The translations under genes and the position numbers were made by a program. Shown in pieces: positions 17,973-25,640 of a DNA stretch of 64,000 nucleotides; the stretch's first letter is position 1; each line of letters begins with the position of its first letter. The notes under the pieces are model-generated. The model ran no database searches and was not told where the DNA came from. It saw only the letters and a program-made list of their open reading frames with translations. The DNA comes from a candidate division WOR-3 bacterium (lineage in GTDB: Bacteria > Hydrothermota > Hydrothermia > B15-G9 > WFZT01), in assembly GCA_027053075.1 (NCBI GenBank), contig JALUEE010000086.1, positions 20,910 through 84,909 on the forward strand, read 5' to 3'.

Positions 17973-18906
17973 AATACACCTTCTTCTCTAAATAGAGTTT
18001 CTGGAACAGTGTTATTGCGAGAATCATGAGGAAGAAGACAAAGGCGATGGCCGAGCCGTATCCAACCTGATACTCTTCGAATCCTTTCTGGTAGAGGTAA
18101 TATACGATCACGGAGGTGGTGCCAAGTGGCCCTCCCGGTGGTGGGCCTGTCATCGTCCACACAGGGGCAAATACCTGGAAGGAAATGATGGTTGACATAA
18201 TCATGACGTAGAAGGTGGTGGGGGAGAGCAGGGGAATGGTCACATTCCTGAAGGTTTGCCACATTCCAGCACCGTCAATTCGCGCTGCCTCATAATATAC
18301 GTCGGGAATATTTTTAAGTCCTGCAAGGAAAATCACCACGTTGTAACCGAGACTCTTCCACACACTCATCAAAACAAGGGAGAAGAGGGCAAGTGACGGA
18401 CCTCTGAGGATGTACGGGAGATGAACACCGAAGATCATCTCAAATATTCCCCGTGGCTCTTCAAGCCATTTCAGGGGATGAAACCCCGCAAGGGTTAGAA
18501 AATAGTTGAAGAGCCCGCGATTGGGATCATAAAGCCATTTCCATACAACGGATACGGCGACGATTGATGTAATCACAGGCAGGAAATAAATTGTTCTGAA
18601 AAGCCCAATAGCCTTAATTCCTCTGTTAAGAAGATAGGCAATGAGGAGAGATATGATGATATTAAGTGGCACTGCGAAGATGGTGTAATAGATGGTGTTT
18701 ATAACAGACTGCCAGAAGAAGGGGTCTTTCAAAAGATAGTAATAATTTTTCAGGCCCACAAATCCTTTGATACCGGCGATTCCCCAGTCGTAAAAGCTCA
18801 GTCTGAAGGCAAAGATGATGGGAAGAACTTTAAAGACGAAGAGAATAATGAAGGCAGGAGAGAGGAGAATAAGTGGAGGTATAAGTTTTTTAAGAAAACT
18901 TTTCAT
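17962..18906 (-). CDS. Carbohydrate ABC transporter permease (MalF/UgpA-type)
   Basis: FVGLKNY, YYEAARIDGA, TIPLLSP. Confidence 0.92.
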   Translation of the reverse strand: MKSFLKKLIPPLILLSPAFIILFVFKVLPIIFAFRLSFYDWGIAGIKGFVGLKNYYYLLKDPFFWQSVINTIYYTIFAVPLNIIISLLIAYLLNRGIKAIGLFRTIYFLPVITSIVAVSVVWKWLYDPNRGLFNYFLTLAGFHPLKWLEEPRGIFEMIFGVHLPYILRGPSLALFSLVLMSVWKSLGYNVVIFLAGLKNIPDVYYEAARIDGAGMWQTFRNVTIPLLSPTTFYVMIMSTIISFQVFAPVWTMTGPPPGGPLGTTSVIVYYLYQKGFEEYQVGYGSAIAFVFFLMILAITLFQKLYLEKKVYYEV

Positions 18907-19166
18907 AGCCGATAAAAGACGTACAGGGCTATGATTATAAAGATTACGGTGAGGAGGTTAAAAGCGAAGCTCAGACCGATGGTAAATTTTAAGACGATAA
19001 GGTCAAAGGTGACAGGTGAGAAGCCGATGTGAACAGTATTGAGGACGAGGTCTTTAACAGGGCTATCCGGTAGGGTCTTCATCAGGATATATCCGATGAT
19101 ATCGCCTGATACGATTCCAATTATGAGCCCCCATGTTAAGAGGGTATAGCTTTTTCTCCAGACCAT
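18903..19166 (-). CDS. Small membrane protein (DUF4321-like)
   Basis: MVWRKS... with two hydrophobic segments and IGFSPVTFDLIVLKFTIG. The tracked extension to 19328 is an artefact of reading through the tRNAs. Confidence 0.7.
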   Translation of the reverse strand: MVWRKSYTLLTWGLIIGIVSGDIIGYILMKTLPDSPVKDLVLNTVHIGFSPVTFDLIVLKFTIGLSFAFNLLTVIFIIIALYVFYRL

Positions 19167-19176
19167 GGTTAATGAA

Positions 19177-19259
19177 TGCCGGGGGCGGGACTCGAACCCG
19201 CACGGGGAAACCCCAGGGGATTTTAAGTCCCCTGCGTCTGCCACTTCCGCCACCCCGGC
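19177..19259 (-). tRNA. tRNA-Leu(TAA)
   Basis: GCCGGGG acceptor, GGGGA-CTTAAAA-TCCCC anticodon arm, variable arm, GGTTCGAGTCC; CCA not encoded. Confidence 0.96.
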
Positions 19260-19267
19260 AAAAAATA

Positions 19268-19342
19268 TGGAGGCGGCACCCGGATTCGAACCGGGGAATA
19301 GCGGATTTGCAATCCGCCGCCTTGCCACTTGGCTATGCCGCC
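19268..19342 (-). tRNA. tRNA-Cys(GCA)
   Basis: GGCGGCA acceptor, GCGGA-TTGCAAA-TCCGC, GGTTCGAATCC, ends TCCA. Confidence 0.97.
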
Positions 19343-19387
19343 GTTTCCCTATTTATTATTAACAATCCGCCACCCCCATGTCAACAT

Positions 19388-19511
19388 CAGGTGTTCGAAA
19401 ATTCCCCCCTCCTATCCTCCCCCCCACGCACGAAGTGCGTGGGGGGAGGAATAAGGTGGGGGGAAATTTTTCATTAAAATTCAAAGGTTTTGAAATTTTT
19501 CGAACACGCTC
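19388..19511. mobile_element. MITE-like palindromic element, copy 2
   Basis: TIR core GTGTTCGAAAA / TTTTCGAACAC; core CCCCCCACGCAC-GAA-GTGCGTGGGGGG. Confidence 0.65.
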
Positions 19512-19887
19512 AGATCAGGGGTGTTCGGAAATTCCAGATTTTAGTTGCCCCCGACGGATACTCGAAACCACAGTGACGATCGCTCAGTCAATAGATTTCC
19601 CTACTTCCTTTGGAAAGGAGGAGAATGGGAATGGGAAAATAAATGAATCCAATGTTTTGCCGACTATAATTTCCCCGTTCCACCCCGGCCCTTCTTCCCC
19701 AAGGAAGAGAGGAAGTTTCTCTTCTTATTATGCCCAAACTTGAATCACTTATTTAACGCCGCTTTTCCCTACTCCACTCACGCTGCACAAAAGATGATAT
19801 CTTCTAACAGGCTCGGGTTAAGGTTTTTGTAAATGCCCGCAGACAGAGTTTCCAGAATGTTTATTTGAGCTCGATTCCCAAAAACTT

Positions 19888-19934
19888 CCTCTCCCCGCGT
19901 AAATTATTTGCGGGGAGAGGATTGAGGTGAGGGG
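19888..19934 (+). repeat. BoxC/intrastrand-triplex-type repeat
   Basis: CCTCTCCCCGC-loop-GCGGGGAGAGG followed by GAGGTGAGGGG; homologs at 51133 and 54476. Confidence 0.7.
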
Positions 19935-20055
19935 CAACATCTGAAAAATCTTTTCGTGCTCTCATACCTTGCGGCTGATAAACTGGTGCTCCAGTGATTG
20001 CATTTCTCAAGAACGGGGGAGGTGTAGACTTATGTAAAAGAATCTTAAAAAATTT

Positions 20056-20096
20056 GTGTGGGGGGGTGGGGCGCCGCAGGCGCCCCACCCCCACAC
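20056..20096 (-). terminator. GC-rich hairpin downstream of cstA
   Basis: GGGGGTGGGGCGCC/GGCGCCCCACCCCC stem followed on the minus strand by AAATTTTT. Confidence 0.55.
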
Positions 20097-20117
20097 TCTG
20101 TCCCCTTACTCCTCCCT

Positions 20118-21842
20118 CTACGCTATCTCTTCTTCCTCGGCAGCCGGCGCAGAGAGGTATTTCCCAAGGGCTATTATTGCTTCAATTATCATCCAGATCT
20201 CAAGCAGGAATACGATGACTCCAATTGTGAGAAGCAGTGTATTGTGAGTTCTCGCAAACTTCTCGATATTCAGTATCATTGCCCATCCAGTCATAAAGAT
20301 CATAAAGATCATGGGCAGCGCAGCGAACCAGATGGGTTTCTTGAGCCTTGCAAGATAAACCGTTGCCACCAGCAAGGCAAGACCGGCAAGGAGCTGGTTG
20401 ACCGTTCCAAAGAGCGGCCAGAGGATGAGTGCTCCTTTACCGTTCTTCTGCACAAATGCCAGCAGGAATGCAGTGAAAACAGCGAGGAATGTTGCCACCC
20501 ATCTGTTGGCAAGGGCGGGTATACCAAGATCATTGAAGAACTCACCAATCACATATCTCTGAATACGTGTAGCAGTATCCAGTGTGGTTCCCGCAAAAGA
20601 TACAAGGAACACGGCCATGATAGTTGTTCCAATTGCGAGAGGAATTCCAAAAGAATGCATGAGATTTGCGGAGCCGATGATCACGGCATTTAGCTTTGAA
20701 CCAAGCCCGGCAGCAGCCTTCCAGCTCGCGTAATGATGTGCCCATGCAGCATATCCTGTGAGCACCTGACCGTTCTTAAGGACATAATGCATTCCAATTG
20801 CTGCTGTGGTTGCCACAATTACCAGTACTGAGAGTGACCCTTCCATGAGCATGCCACCATATCCCACAAAGAGTGCATCTGGCTCTTTGTCAATCTGCTT
20901 TGAGGATGTTCCAGAACTCACAAGAGAATGGAAACCGGATATCGCTCCACAAGCAATGACGACAAAAAGGAATGGCCAGAGAGGCGGTGCACCCGTGGCA
21001 TGGATATTTGTTGCGGGAGCAACGATTTTAGGGTGGGCAACAATTGTTCCGATGAACAAAAGACCCATGGCGATAAGCAACTCGTGAGCGTTGATGTAAT
21101 CCCTTGGTTGAAGCAATGTCCAGACAGGCAACGTGGACGCAAAGAAAGCGTAAATCAAGAGGATAATGAGCCATGTGGCAACCGGTGTCAGTCCGAAGAG
21201 ACCAGGCAGTTTAAGAGGCCAGTATGCACCGATGATAACGGTGATGTACATCAACACGACAGCTATGAGAGATATGGTGGTAAGATTCCCACCTTTTTTG
21301 TAAATGGCATATCCTGCCCATACAGCAATTGGTATTTCCATCCAGACCGGGAATACGGATTGAGGGAACATATGGAACAAAATACCCATAACCAGGGCGA
21401 AGATAGCGATCACGATCCACAGCTCAAAGAAGATGATGAGCAAGAAGAGGTATCTTGTTCTGGAATTCACCAGATTTGCGGTGAGCTCTCCGATGGACAC
21501 TCCTTTGTTTCTCATAGAAGCCACGAGAGCGGAGAAATCATGCACTCCACCAAGAAAGATTGGACCGAGTGCCACCCAGAGAGCTGCTGGTAGCCAACCC
21601 CAGATCACGGCTATTGCGGGACCAACGATGGGACCAAGCCCTGCGATTGAGGTGAAGTGGTGCCCAAAGAGCACCTCCTTCTTTGCAGGCATGTAGTCAA
21701 TATCGTCCCTTAGCTCGTGAGCCGGGGTTACTCTATTGGGATCCAGTTTGAAGATCTTATTGGCCAGATACTTACCATAAGTATGGTAAGCCAGTAGATA
21801 GGCCGCGAATACTATTACTGCTAAGAGTAAGGAGTTCATCAT
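20118..21842 (-). CDS. cstA: Carbon starvation protein A (CstA/BtsT-family peptide or pyruvate transporter)
   Basis: TPAH...D.DY, GHHFTSIAGLGPIVGP, LLQPRDY, ACGAISGFHS, GYGGMLMEG, WPLFGTVNQLLA. Confidence 0.96.
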   Translation of the reverse strand: MMNSLLLAVIVFAAYLLAYHTYGKYLANKIFKLDPNRVTPAHELRDDIDYMPAKKEVLFGHHFTSIAGLGPIVGPAIAVIWGWLPAALWVALGPIFLGGVHDFSALVASMRNKGVSIGELTANLVNSRTRYLFLLIIFFELWIVIAIFALVMGILFHMFPQSVFPVWMEIPIAVWAGYAIYKKGGNLTTISLIAVVLMYITVIIGAYWPLKLPGLFGLTPVATWLIILLIYAFFASTLPVWTLLQPRDYINAHELLIAMGLLFIGTIVAHPKIVAPATNIHATGAPPLWPFLFVVIACGAISGFHSLVSSGTSSKQIDKEPDALFVGYGGMLMEGSLSVLVIVATTAAIGMHYVLKNGQVLTGYAAWAHHYASWKAAAGLGSKLNAVIIGSANLMHSFGIPLAIGTTIMAVFLVSFAGTTLDTATRIQRYVIGEFFNDLGIPALANRWVATFLAVFTAFLLAFVQKNGKGALILWPLFGTVNQLLAGLALLVATVYLARLKKPIWFAALPMIFMIFMTGWAMILNIEKFARTHNTLLLTIGVIVFLLEIWMIIEAIIALGKYLSAPAAEEEEIA

Positions 21843-21877
21843 CAAACCTCCTTTTTATTTAAATAGCCCTACCCATC

Positions 21878-22207
21878 CTAACACGGGTCCTGCGACAATG
21901 ATCGATCTGCCACCTCCTCCAGCTTTTTCACGCCGACCTTCTTATCTGGAGCTTCAAGCTCCCTTTTGAGGTTTTCGGCATGCTGCCTTGGATTGTTTGA
22001 AATTATGATTTCGACACTATTTTTGTCGGCTTCAGCGTAAACCTTCTCGGTGGGTTTTTTCTTAACAACTGCTATTGCCCTCTCCAGGTCAAACTTTTTC
22101 TTTAGTTTCCCAAACTCCCACACATCAAAAATACCCAGCTGGTCTCCATAAGCGATCAGGATTTTGTGATCGCTCAGGCTTTTACCTTTTTTCTTAAAGA
22201 GTCCCAT
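21878..22207 (-). CDS. Hypothetical protein, cstA-associated paralog 1
   Basis: 109-aa ORF; similar to the upstream ORF; TTGACA-18-TAGAAT promoter at 22223-22252. Confidence 0.75.
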   Translation of the reverse strand: MGLFKKKGKSLSDHKILIAYGDQLGIFDVWEFGKLKKKFDLERAIAVVKKKPTEKVYAEADKNSVEIIISNNPRQHAENLKRELEAPDKKVGVKKLEEVADRSLSQDPC

Positions 22208-22258
22208 TTTATCACCGCCCTTATTCTAAAAATTCTATCATAGTTATGTCAAGTTTTA

Positions 22259-22606
22259 TTACATAGGGTCCATTGTAAAATTGCGTTCAGTTATATCTTC
22301 AATGCTTTTAATAAAGCAAGGAATGCCTTTCTTCTCATAGGATTCCCTGACTGATTTTGCTTCTTTTTTGGGGTTGCTCACAACCTTTACGGGTACATCT
22401 CTTAAGATGGCTTGCTTTTCAACGTTGGGTGAAAGTGGTCTTTGGGTGAGCACCAATACATCTCTGAGTCCCCATTTCTTTCTCAGTTTTTGAATGTCCC
22501 AGATGTCCCTGACACCTACACGATCTGCATAAATAATCACTACACTGTTCTGGTAGTTATAGGCTCTTTTCTTTTTAAATCTCGGAATATGGATGAAAAT
22601 CTCCAT
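22259..22606 (-). CDS. Hypothetical protein, cstA-associated paralog 2
   Basis: 115 aa from MEIFIHIP; aligns by eye with 21878-22207. The tracked extension to 22822 crosses a repeat. Confidence 0.7.
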   Translation of the reverse strand: MEIFIHIPRFKKKRAYNYQNSVVIIYADRVGVRDIWDIQKLRKKWGLRDVLVLTQRPLSPNVEKQAILRDVPVKVVSNPKKEAKSVRESYEKKGIPCFIKSIEDITERNFTMDPM

Positions 22607-22737
22607 CGGTATAATTATTAAAAGGAGGTGATTAAATTTCAAGTGTCTCTGTGATATTTTGACATCAAAAATTTCGCCACGAATTGTTCGATGAATAATA
22701 GCTTTTTTAGACTGGATTTGATGAACAAAACTATCTG

Positions 22738-22825
22738 GAGATTGCTCGAAAGGTGAATCCATTTTAGTGGGGCTGCCACGCACGATGTGCGTGGCAGCCC
22801 CACTCGCAACATTTTCGAACATCCT
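22738..22825. mobile_element. Short MITE-like element, copy 3
   Basis: Ends GAGATTGCTCGAAAG / TTTTCGAACATCCT; perfect 18-bp hairpin AGTGGGGCTGCCACGCAC-GAT-GTGCGTGGCAGCCCCACT. Confidence 0.55.
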
Positions 22826-22987
22826 ACATCATTTGTGAAGTTCAGTTATTCGGATATCTCCCAAATACCCGATCAAGTTACTGTGGATTCCCCAAATGAA
22901 TATATTCAAATGTCAGAATCTGGCTATCGACGGTTTTACCCCCAACCTGTCATTAAAAAATTTGATCCTGTCCGTATTTAAAAATTA

Positions 22988-23016
22988 TTGACCGGTGGGG
23001 TGTGGATGGTTATATT
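22988..23016 (+). promoter_or_regulatory. Sigma70-type promoter
   Basis: TTGACC-17 nt-TATATT, then AAGGAGG before ATG 23045. Confidence 0.55.
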
Positions 23017-23044
23017 AAAGAACCATCAAAAAGGAGGTTGACTG

Positions 23045-23413
23045 ATGATACGGGGTTTGAGTGACGAAGAGATCCTTGGAATCTGGGAAAGTGTTACAGA
23101 TTTCACAGAAGGATGGTACGAAGCAATTGGTGAGCTTCTCTCAAGGGCAGATGACCTGAAGATGGAGATTGACGACGCAGGACTTAAAACCAAGCTTGAG
23201 AAGATTCAGAGAAAACTCCTTAGACTGAGGCAGGATATTGAGGATACAGTTGAATCAGCAAGGAGCGGTGAGATCAGTTCCAACGACCTTGAAAACTTTT
23301 TCAGGGATTACGGGGAAACACTTTCATCCCTTGAGGCTGAGCTTCTGGAACTTGAGCTTGAGCCCGAGGATTATGATGATTATTACGACGAATTTGAGGA
23401 AGAAGAGTATTAG
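23045..23413 (+). CDS. Hypothetical acidic helical protein
   Basis: Strong SD; coiled-coil pattern; very acidic tail. Confidence 0.75.
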   Translation: MIRGLSDEEILGIWESVTDFTEGWYEAIGELLSRADDLKMEIDDAGLKTKLEKIQRKLLRLRQDIEDTVESARSGEISSNDLENFFRDYGETLSSLEAELLELELEPEDYDDYYDEFEEEEY

Positions 23414-24075
23414 TTAAACCCATACTTTCCTCTTAGAGGGACAAAAGCACAGGGGAAAAGCTCTTCTTTGAGGATTTTCCCATTTTTCTTTATTCCTTTT
23501 ACAAGTATTTGCCCACCAATATCCCCAATGGGAATAACAATGATTCCACCTCCTTTTAGCTGCTCTTCTAAGGGCTCGGGGATATCCGGAGCTGCGGCTG
23601 TCACAATAATTCGATCATAAGGAGCATGTTCCGGCCAGCCTTCAGAGCCATCACCAACTTTGAAATGAACATTGGTAATGCCCAATTTTCGAAGAATCCT
23701 TTGCGCCCTTTGTGAGAGCTCTGGAATTCTTTCGACTGTATAGACTTCCTTTGCGAGCTTGGCAAGAATAGCAGTCTGGTATCCAGAGCCGGTGCCTATT
23801 TCGAGAACTTTATTGTCATCCTGAACCTCAAGTAATTCTGTCATAACAGCAACCATGTATGGCTGAGAAATGGTCTGACCGGCACCAATTGGCAGAGGAT
23901 AGTCGTTGTACGCCTGGTCAATGTATTCTGGTGGGACGAAGGCATGACGAGGAACTTCAAGTATGGCTTTGATAACCCGTGGGTCTTTTACTCCGCGTGC
24001 AATAATTTGGGATTCGACCATTTCCCTGCGGAGTTCAGAAAGATAATTCCCACTGGAGCCGTTTGAGTTCATCAT
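23410..24075 (-). CDS. pcm: Protein-L-isoaspartate O-methyltransferase
   Basis: VPRHAFV, GQTISQP, VLEIGTGSGY, APYDRIIVTAA, FVPL. Confidence 0.97.
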   Translation of the reverse strand: MMNSNGSSGNYLSELRREMVESQIIARGVKDPRVIKAILEVPRHAFVPPEYIDQAYNDYPLPIGAGQTISQPYMVAVMTELLEVQDDNKVLEIGTGSGYQTAILAKLAKEVYTVERIPELSQRAQRILRKLGITNVHFKVGDGSEGWPEHAPYDRIIVTAAAPDIPEPLEEQLKGGGIIVIPIGDIGGQILVKGIKKNGKILKEELFPCAFVPLRGKYGFN

Positions 24076-24775
24076 AGTTGGTTAAGTCAATGTTTAAAGG
24101 CGTTAAGGCCACAAAGTCATCAGAAACGGCCTTGAGATCGGTGCCTGGCTCTTTACTCCAAAGGGGCTCACCGCCGATGTAGTACGTATCATCCTCCCTT
24201 TTCTCGACGGGGTCGCGGTAGGCCCGGCGTCCGAGCCTGACAATCCTGATTCCCCTGATCTCCTTAATTGGCTTATTGGGTATATTTACATTTAAAAGCT
24301 CAAAGTCAAGCCTGAGTTTTTCTATTTCGTCAATGATGAGCCTTGTAAAATGCATCCCCGTTTCCCAGTAGTACTCATTGGTTGGGGAATTACCCAGTGA
24401 TATGGCAATAGCTGGAATGTTGTAAATCGCCCCTTCACGGGCAGCAGCTACAGTTCCTGAATAAAATACGTCTTCTCCGAGATTGTAACCTTTGTTGATT
24501 CCCGAAAGAACAAGGTCAGGTCTCCGTGGAAGAAGCTCGAATATCCCAAGAAGGATGCAGTCTGCCGGGGTTCCAGTGATAGCAAAGACTCTCTCGTCTA
24601 CCTTTTTAACCTTTATTGGCTTTCGAAGTGTGATAGAGTGGCTCGCACCGCTTCTTTCTTTATCAGGCACAACAATGTAAACATCACCAAGATGTGAGAC
24701 GGCTTCACGAAGTCTGTAAATACCTTCACTTTCCACACCGTCGTCGTTGGATATCAAAATTAGCTTTTTACTCAT
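24035..24775 (-). CDS. surE: 5'/3'-nucleotidase SurE
   Basis: SNDDG, GTPADC, SGINKGYN, YSGTVAAA; canonical surE-pcm order. Confidence 0.97.
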   Translation of the reverse strand: MSKKLILISNDDGVESEGIYRLREAVSHLGDVYIVVPDKERSGASHSITLRKPIKVKKVDERVFAITGTPADCILLGIFELLPRRPDLVLSGINKGYNLGEDVFYSGTVAAAREGAIYNIPAIAISLGNSPTNEYYWETGMHFTRLIIDEIEKLRLDFELLNVNIPNKPIKEIRGIRIVRLGRRAYRDPVEKREDDTYYIGGEPLWSKEPGTDLKAVSDDFVALTPLNIDLTNYDELKRLQWELSF

Positions 24776-25437
24776 CTCCAGAGGAATTTTAACGCCAGTT
24801 TGATGAATCTCAAAGTATCGCGAACCTTATCCACTGAGCTGATCCCGGTCCCATAGATGACCTTTATCGGTACACCGCAGACTTTGAAGCCAGCAACAGC
24901 AATTTTAAACACTACTTCTGATTCAAAATCGTATCGGGATTGGGTGAATTTGAGTCTTAGAACACGTCGTGAATAGAGACGATAGCCACTTTGCGTATCC
25001 GGGAGGCGTGTCCCGGCAAGGAGTGAGAGAATCATCGTGGTAATGCGGTTTGAAATATAGTTCAGGAAAGGCATTTTATAGAGCTCGTGCCAACGTGTGC
25101 CTATAACAAGGTCACAGCCCTCATTTTTAAATTTTGCAATGAATTTGGGAAGGTCTGAAGGATCGTGCTGGAGATCAGCGTCCATGGTAATGACTGCATC
25201 AAATCCGTGATCAAGTGCATATTTAAAGGCTTTTTTGATGGATTCACCCTTACCGAGATTGGGTGAATTTTTGATGACTTTTACACCGAAGGATTTAGCC
25301 TCTTCATACGTTCTGTCAGCTGAACCGTCATCAATCACGAGTATGTTTTCTTTTGGGTATTTTTTAACGAGTATATCGAGGAGTTTTGAGATTCTACCCT
25401 CTTCGTTGTAGGCGGGAATAGCGATCAGGACATTCAT
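24772..25437 (-). CDS. GT2 glycosyltransferase (polyprenol-phosphate mannose synthase-like)
   Basis: IPAYNE, DDGSAD, NLGKG, MDADLQH, DTQSGYR. Confidence 0.9.
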   Translation of the reverse strand: MNVLIAIPAYNEEGRISKLLDILVKKYPKENILVIDDGSADRTYEEAKSFGVKVIKNSPNLGKGESIKKAFKYALDHGFDAVITMDADLQHDPSDLPKFIAKFKNEGCDLVIGTRWHELYKMPFLNYISNRITTMILSLLAGTRLPDTQSGYRLYSRRVLRLKFTQSRYDFESEVVFKIAVAGFKVCGVPIKVIYGTGISSVDKVRDTLRFIKLALKFLWR

Positions 25438-25448
25438 AAGAAGAAAAA

Positions 25449-25526
25449 TGGTCGGGGCGAGTGGATTTGAACCACCGACCCCCAGCCCCCCATGCTGGTG
25501 CGCTAACCGGGCTGCGCTACGCCCCG
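25449..25526 (-). tRNA. tRNA-Pro(GGG)
   Basis: CGGGGCG acceptor, CCAGC-ATGGGGG-GCTGG, GGTTCAAATCC, ACCA; upstream TTGACT-17-TAACAT. Confidence 0.96.
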
Positions 25527-25640
25527 ACCAATCGCTATTATGTTAACTAAAACCACCGGTTCAGTCAACCATCCCCCACACGCTTTGTGCGTGGGCGCTC
25601 ACTGCTTGATAGGTTCTCGTGGCTTTGTTAAGCTTTATGT

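Noticed and set aside
19167-19328. Tracked 141-aa ORF extension and plus-strand ORFs over 19133-19477
   Set aside because: They are translations of tRNA-Cys, tRNA-Leu and the MITE; the real CDS most likely starts at ATG 19166
19177-19342. Prophage or integrative element at the tRNA genes
   Set aside because: No integrase, phage genes or duplicated tRNA 3' ends seen in the window
20058-21696. Long antisense ORFs (211 and 221 aa) opposite cstA, and similar shadows elsewhere
   Set aside because: Typical stop-poor antisense frames of hydrophobic genes, with no motifs or SD
21878-21890. Selenocysteine read-through in the cstA-associated small proteins
   Set aside because: The stops are TAG and TAA, not TGA
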